Assembly (NCBI RefSeq): GCF_020745735.1
Contig: NC_083409.1
Location: 17,628,341 to 17,692,340, forward strand
Length of the DNA stretch: 64,000 bases
From: Hemiscyllium ocellatum
Lineage: Eukaryota
Direction: 5' to 3'
The notes under the pieces were generated by a model. The model was given only the letters and a program-made list of their open reading frames with translations. It did no database searches and was not told the origin of the DNA. The position numbers and the translations under genes were made by a program. Below, one piece after another: positions 62,201 through 64,000 of this stretch; the first letter of the stretch is position 1; each line of letters begins with the position of its first letter.

Positions 62201-63223
62201 CCTGAGCAGAAACCTCTTAGAAGATGCTGTTGGCAAAGTGCTGAACCATATAATGCAATGAATCGTTAGGTGAATAATTAATCATTTCTCAGTCTAGGTC
62301 TGAGGCAAAGTAAAATGTCAAATCTTCTCACAGTCTGGGAGTGTTGCATATTCCTTTAAAGTTGTTTTGAATATGCTTTTGGATCTCCCTGAAATTGTTC
62401 ACTTCAATTATCATTACATTTTCAAGCATTCCGTAGATTTTTGGTCAATAGAACATGCTTTGAGTTTCATCCAATTTTACATCATTCAGAATGGGGGAAA
62501 GAGTCCAAAGGTCCAAGTGTCAAAGGCTTCACTGAGCAGTTTTGGGCAAGGGTAATGGATTGTAGGTTGTTTTGTCTGTGTATTTAGGGTGTGTGCAACA
62601 ACTGCCATTTCTCCTGTGCTTCTATCCACAGATCTCCATTTCTAATGAGGTTATGAAGTTGTTTGGATTCTACCAAGAGCAATATCAGAAGACAGACTGT
62701 CAGAAGATGAAGACATTTGACAGGAGAAAACGTGATTGGATGGACCATATTTTGGTAAGTGCTTCATTTTAGCAACTGTTCAGTTTTATATTGTACCTCT
62801 GCATCACGATAATGAACACTGCGTCCTACATCTGAATTTTCTGTTATTTCAAATGACAAAGGCTTTATCTTCAACTTTGTGGTTGAATTGAAAACTTGTC
62901 CTCACTGCGGTAATTCGTTGAAAATCAAGGCCTAATTTTCTTAGTTGCCACAAAGGTTTTTAAAAAATTCAGAAGTACATTGATTTCAGTGCAGTTGGCA
63001 AAGTAGTGTCATGTGTACTTCTTTAAATCCCAATGTTTGATTTCACTTTCTCTCCATGTTTCTTTGTCGTATGGTGAATTTGTGAAGAAGACCGAAGCTG
63101 AACTCAGTAAAGATCTTGATGTTGGCAGCTCAACCTCCACCAAACCGCAGATTAAAACTCTGTACTCCACTGCTACTGAGAAGCTGAAGATTAAACCGCT
63201 GTCTCTGCAGAAGTACTTTCAGT
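59223..63223 (+). pseudogene. Degraded multi-exon gene of unknown identity (exon-like blocks ~59223-59894, ~59979-60540, ~60842-61400, 62632-62754, ~63075-63223)
   Basis: Donors cct|gtaagt (59895) and ttg|gtaagt (62755); acceptor ccacag|ATC (62631); intact 41-codon exon ISISNEVMKLFGFYQEQYQKTDCQKMKTFDRRKRDWMDHIL; other blocks are protein-like but carry stops/frameshifts. Confidence 0.65.
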
Positions 63224-63744
63224 AATTGATGTTACTTGTGTGACCTTATGAAGGGATGCCTCTTGTATTTCTCTTTTATACCCTAGTGGGACCCCTTTTG
63301 TCCATATTAGTTGGTGATTAAATGTTTCTTGAGTGAAGGAGAGCAGTACTTTTGCAGTGATTTTACAGCAGGGATAAATGCTTTTAGGCCCAACAGACTC
63401 GTGCAGTTATTTAGTCTCCATGCGAGTCTACTCCCACTTTGTCTCCTCCCATCAGTGCGTCCTTCTGTATGTTTCTCCCAGAGGTACTTATCCAATTTCC
63501 CCTGAAACACATTCATGCTATTCAACTGAAGCATTCCAGGTACTAGCAAGTTCCATGTTGTCACCTTTCTCAGGGAAGAATGTTTTGTTTTGAATTTCTG
63601 ATTTGATCCACTGATGTTAACTTCCTGTTCAGGTCAGCTATGCAAGTGAAAACATTTCTCCCTCCATGTAGTTCAAGCACCTTCATTTTTAAAGTTCTCT
63701 ATCAAATCTAATTTTCAAAATTCTCTGTCCAATTGCTAACTTAT

Positions 63745-64000
63745 ATAGTTAATGGCCGGGCCCTGGGTGTGTTGCTGCACAAAGAGACCTCAGGATGCAG
63801 GTGTATAGTTCCATGAAAGTGGAGTTGCACGTAGAGAGGGTGGTGAAGAAGGCATTTGGCATGCTTGCCTTCATCGGTCAGAACATTGCCTGTAGTGGTT
63901 GAAGTGTTACGTTGCAGCTGTACAGGACATTGCTAAGGCCTCGTCTAGAATACTGCATACAGTTCTGATCACCTTTCTATAGAGAGGATGTTAAACTTGA
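63745..64000 (+). mobile_element. CR1 3' fragment running off the window
   Basis: gtggtgaagaaggcatttggcatgcttgccttcatcgg...gcctcgtctagaatactgcatacagttctg. Confidence 0.85.

Noticed and set aside
59223-63223. Assigning a gene name (TEX15, SLF2/FAM178, FSIP2 and TOPAZ1 considered from memory)
   Set aside because: Only vague resemblance; needs a database search.

Overview
Eukaryotic genomic DNA from a cartilaginous fish. The repeat families point to an orectolobiform shark (bamboo/epaulette type); this is inference. The main gene is a complete, apparently functional, unrearranged kappa-type (NS4/type III) immunoglobulin light-chain cluster on the + strand: leader 3385-3433, V 3620-3924, 12-RSS, 23-RSS, J 4424-4458, C 16315-16643, polyA signal at 17140. 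An orphan, 5'-truncated copy of the same C exon plus 3'UTR lies inverted at 30811-31607. Most of the rest is retroelement-derived: CR1 LINEs, HE1/V-type and Deu-type SINEs, Penelope-like elements forming long palindromes with hammerhead-like cores, solo LTRs, a degraded retroviral RT fragment near 30 kb, and an internally deleted class I ERV (50810-59222, minus strand, tRNA-Ser PBS). The ERV interrupts a degraded multi-exon gene I could not identify, downstream of a CpG-rich NRF1/CRE/E-box promoter. I see no clearly new biological system. The best leads are the cluster architecture (CTCF site, inverted C remnant, long V-encoded CDR3), the hammerhead-bearing palindromes and the mismatched-LTR provirus. 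Repeat boundaries are by-eye estimates; Ig, RSS, PBS and TSD coordinates were counted from the sequence.
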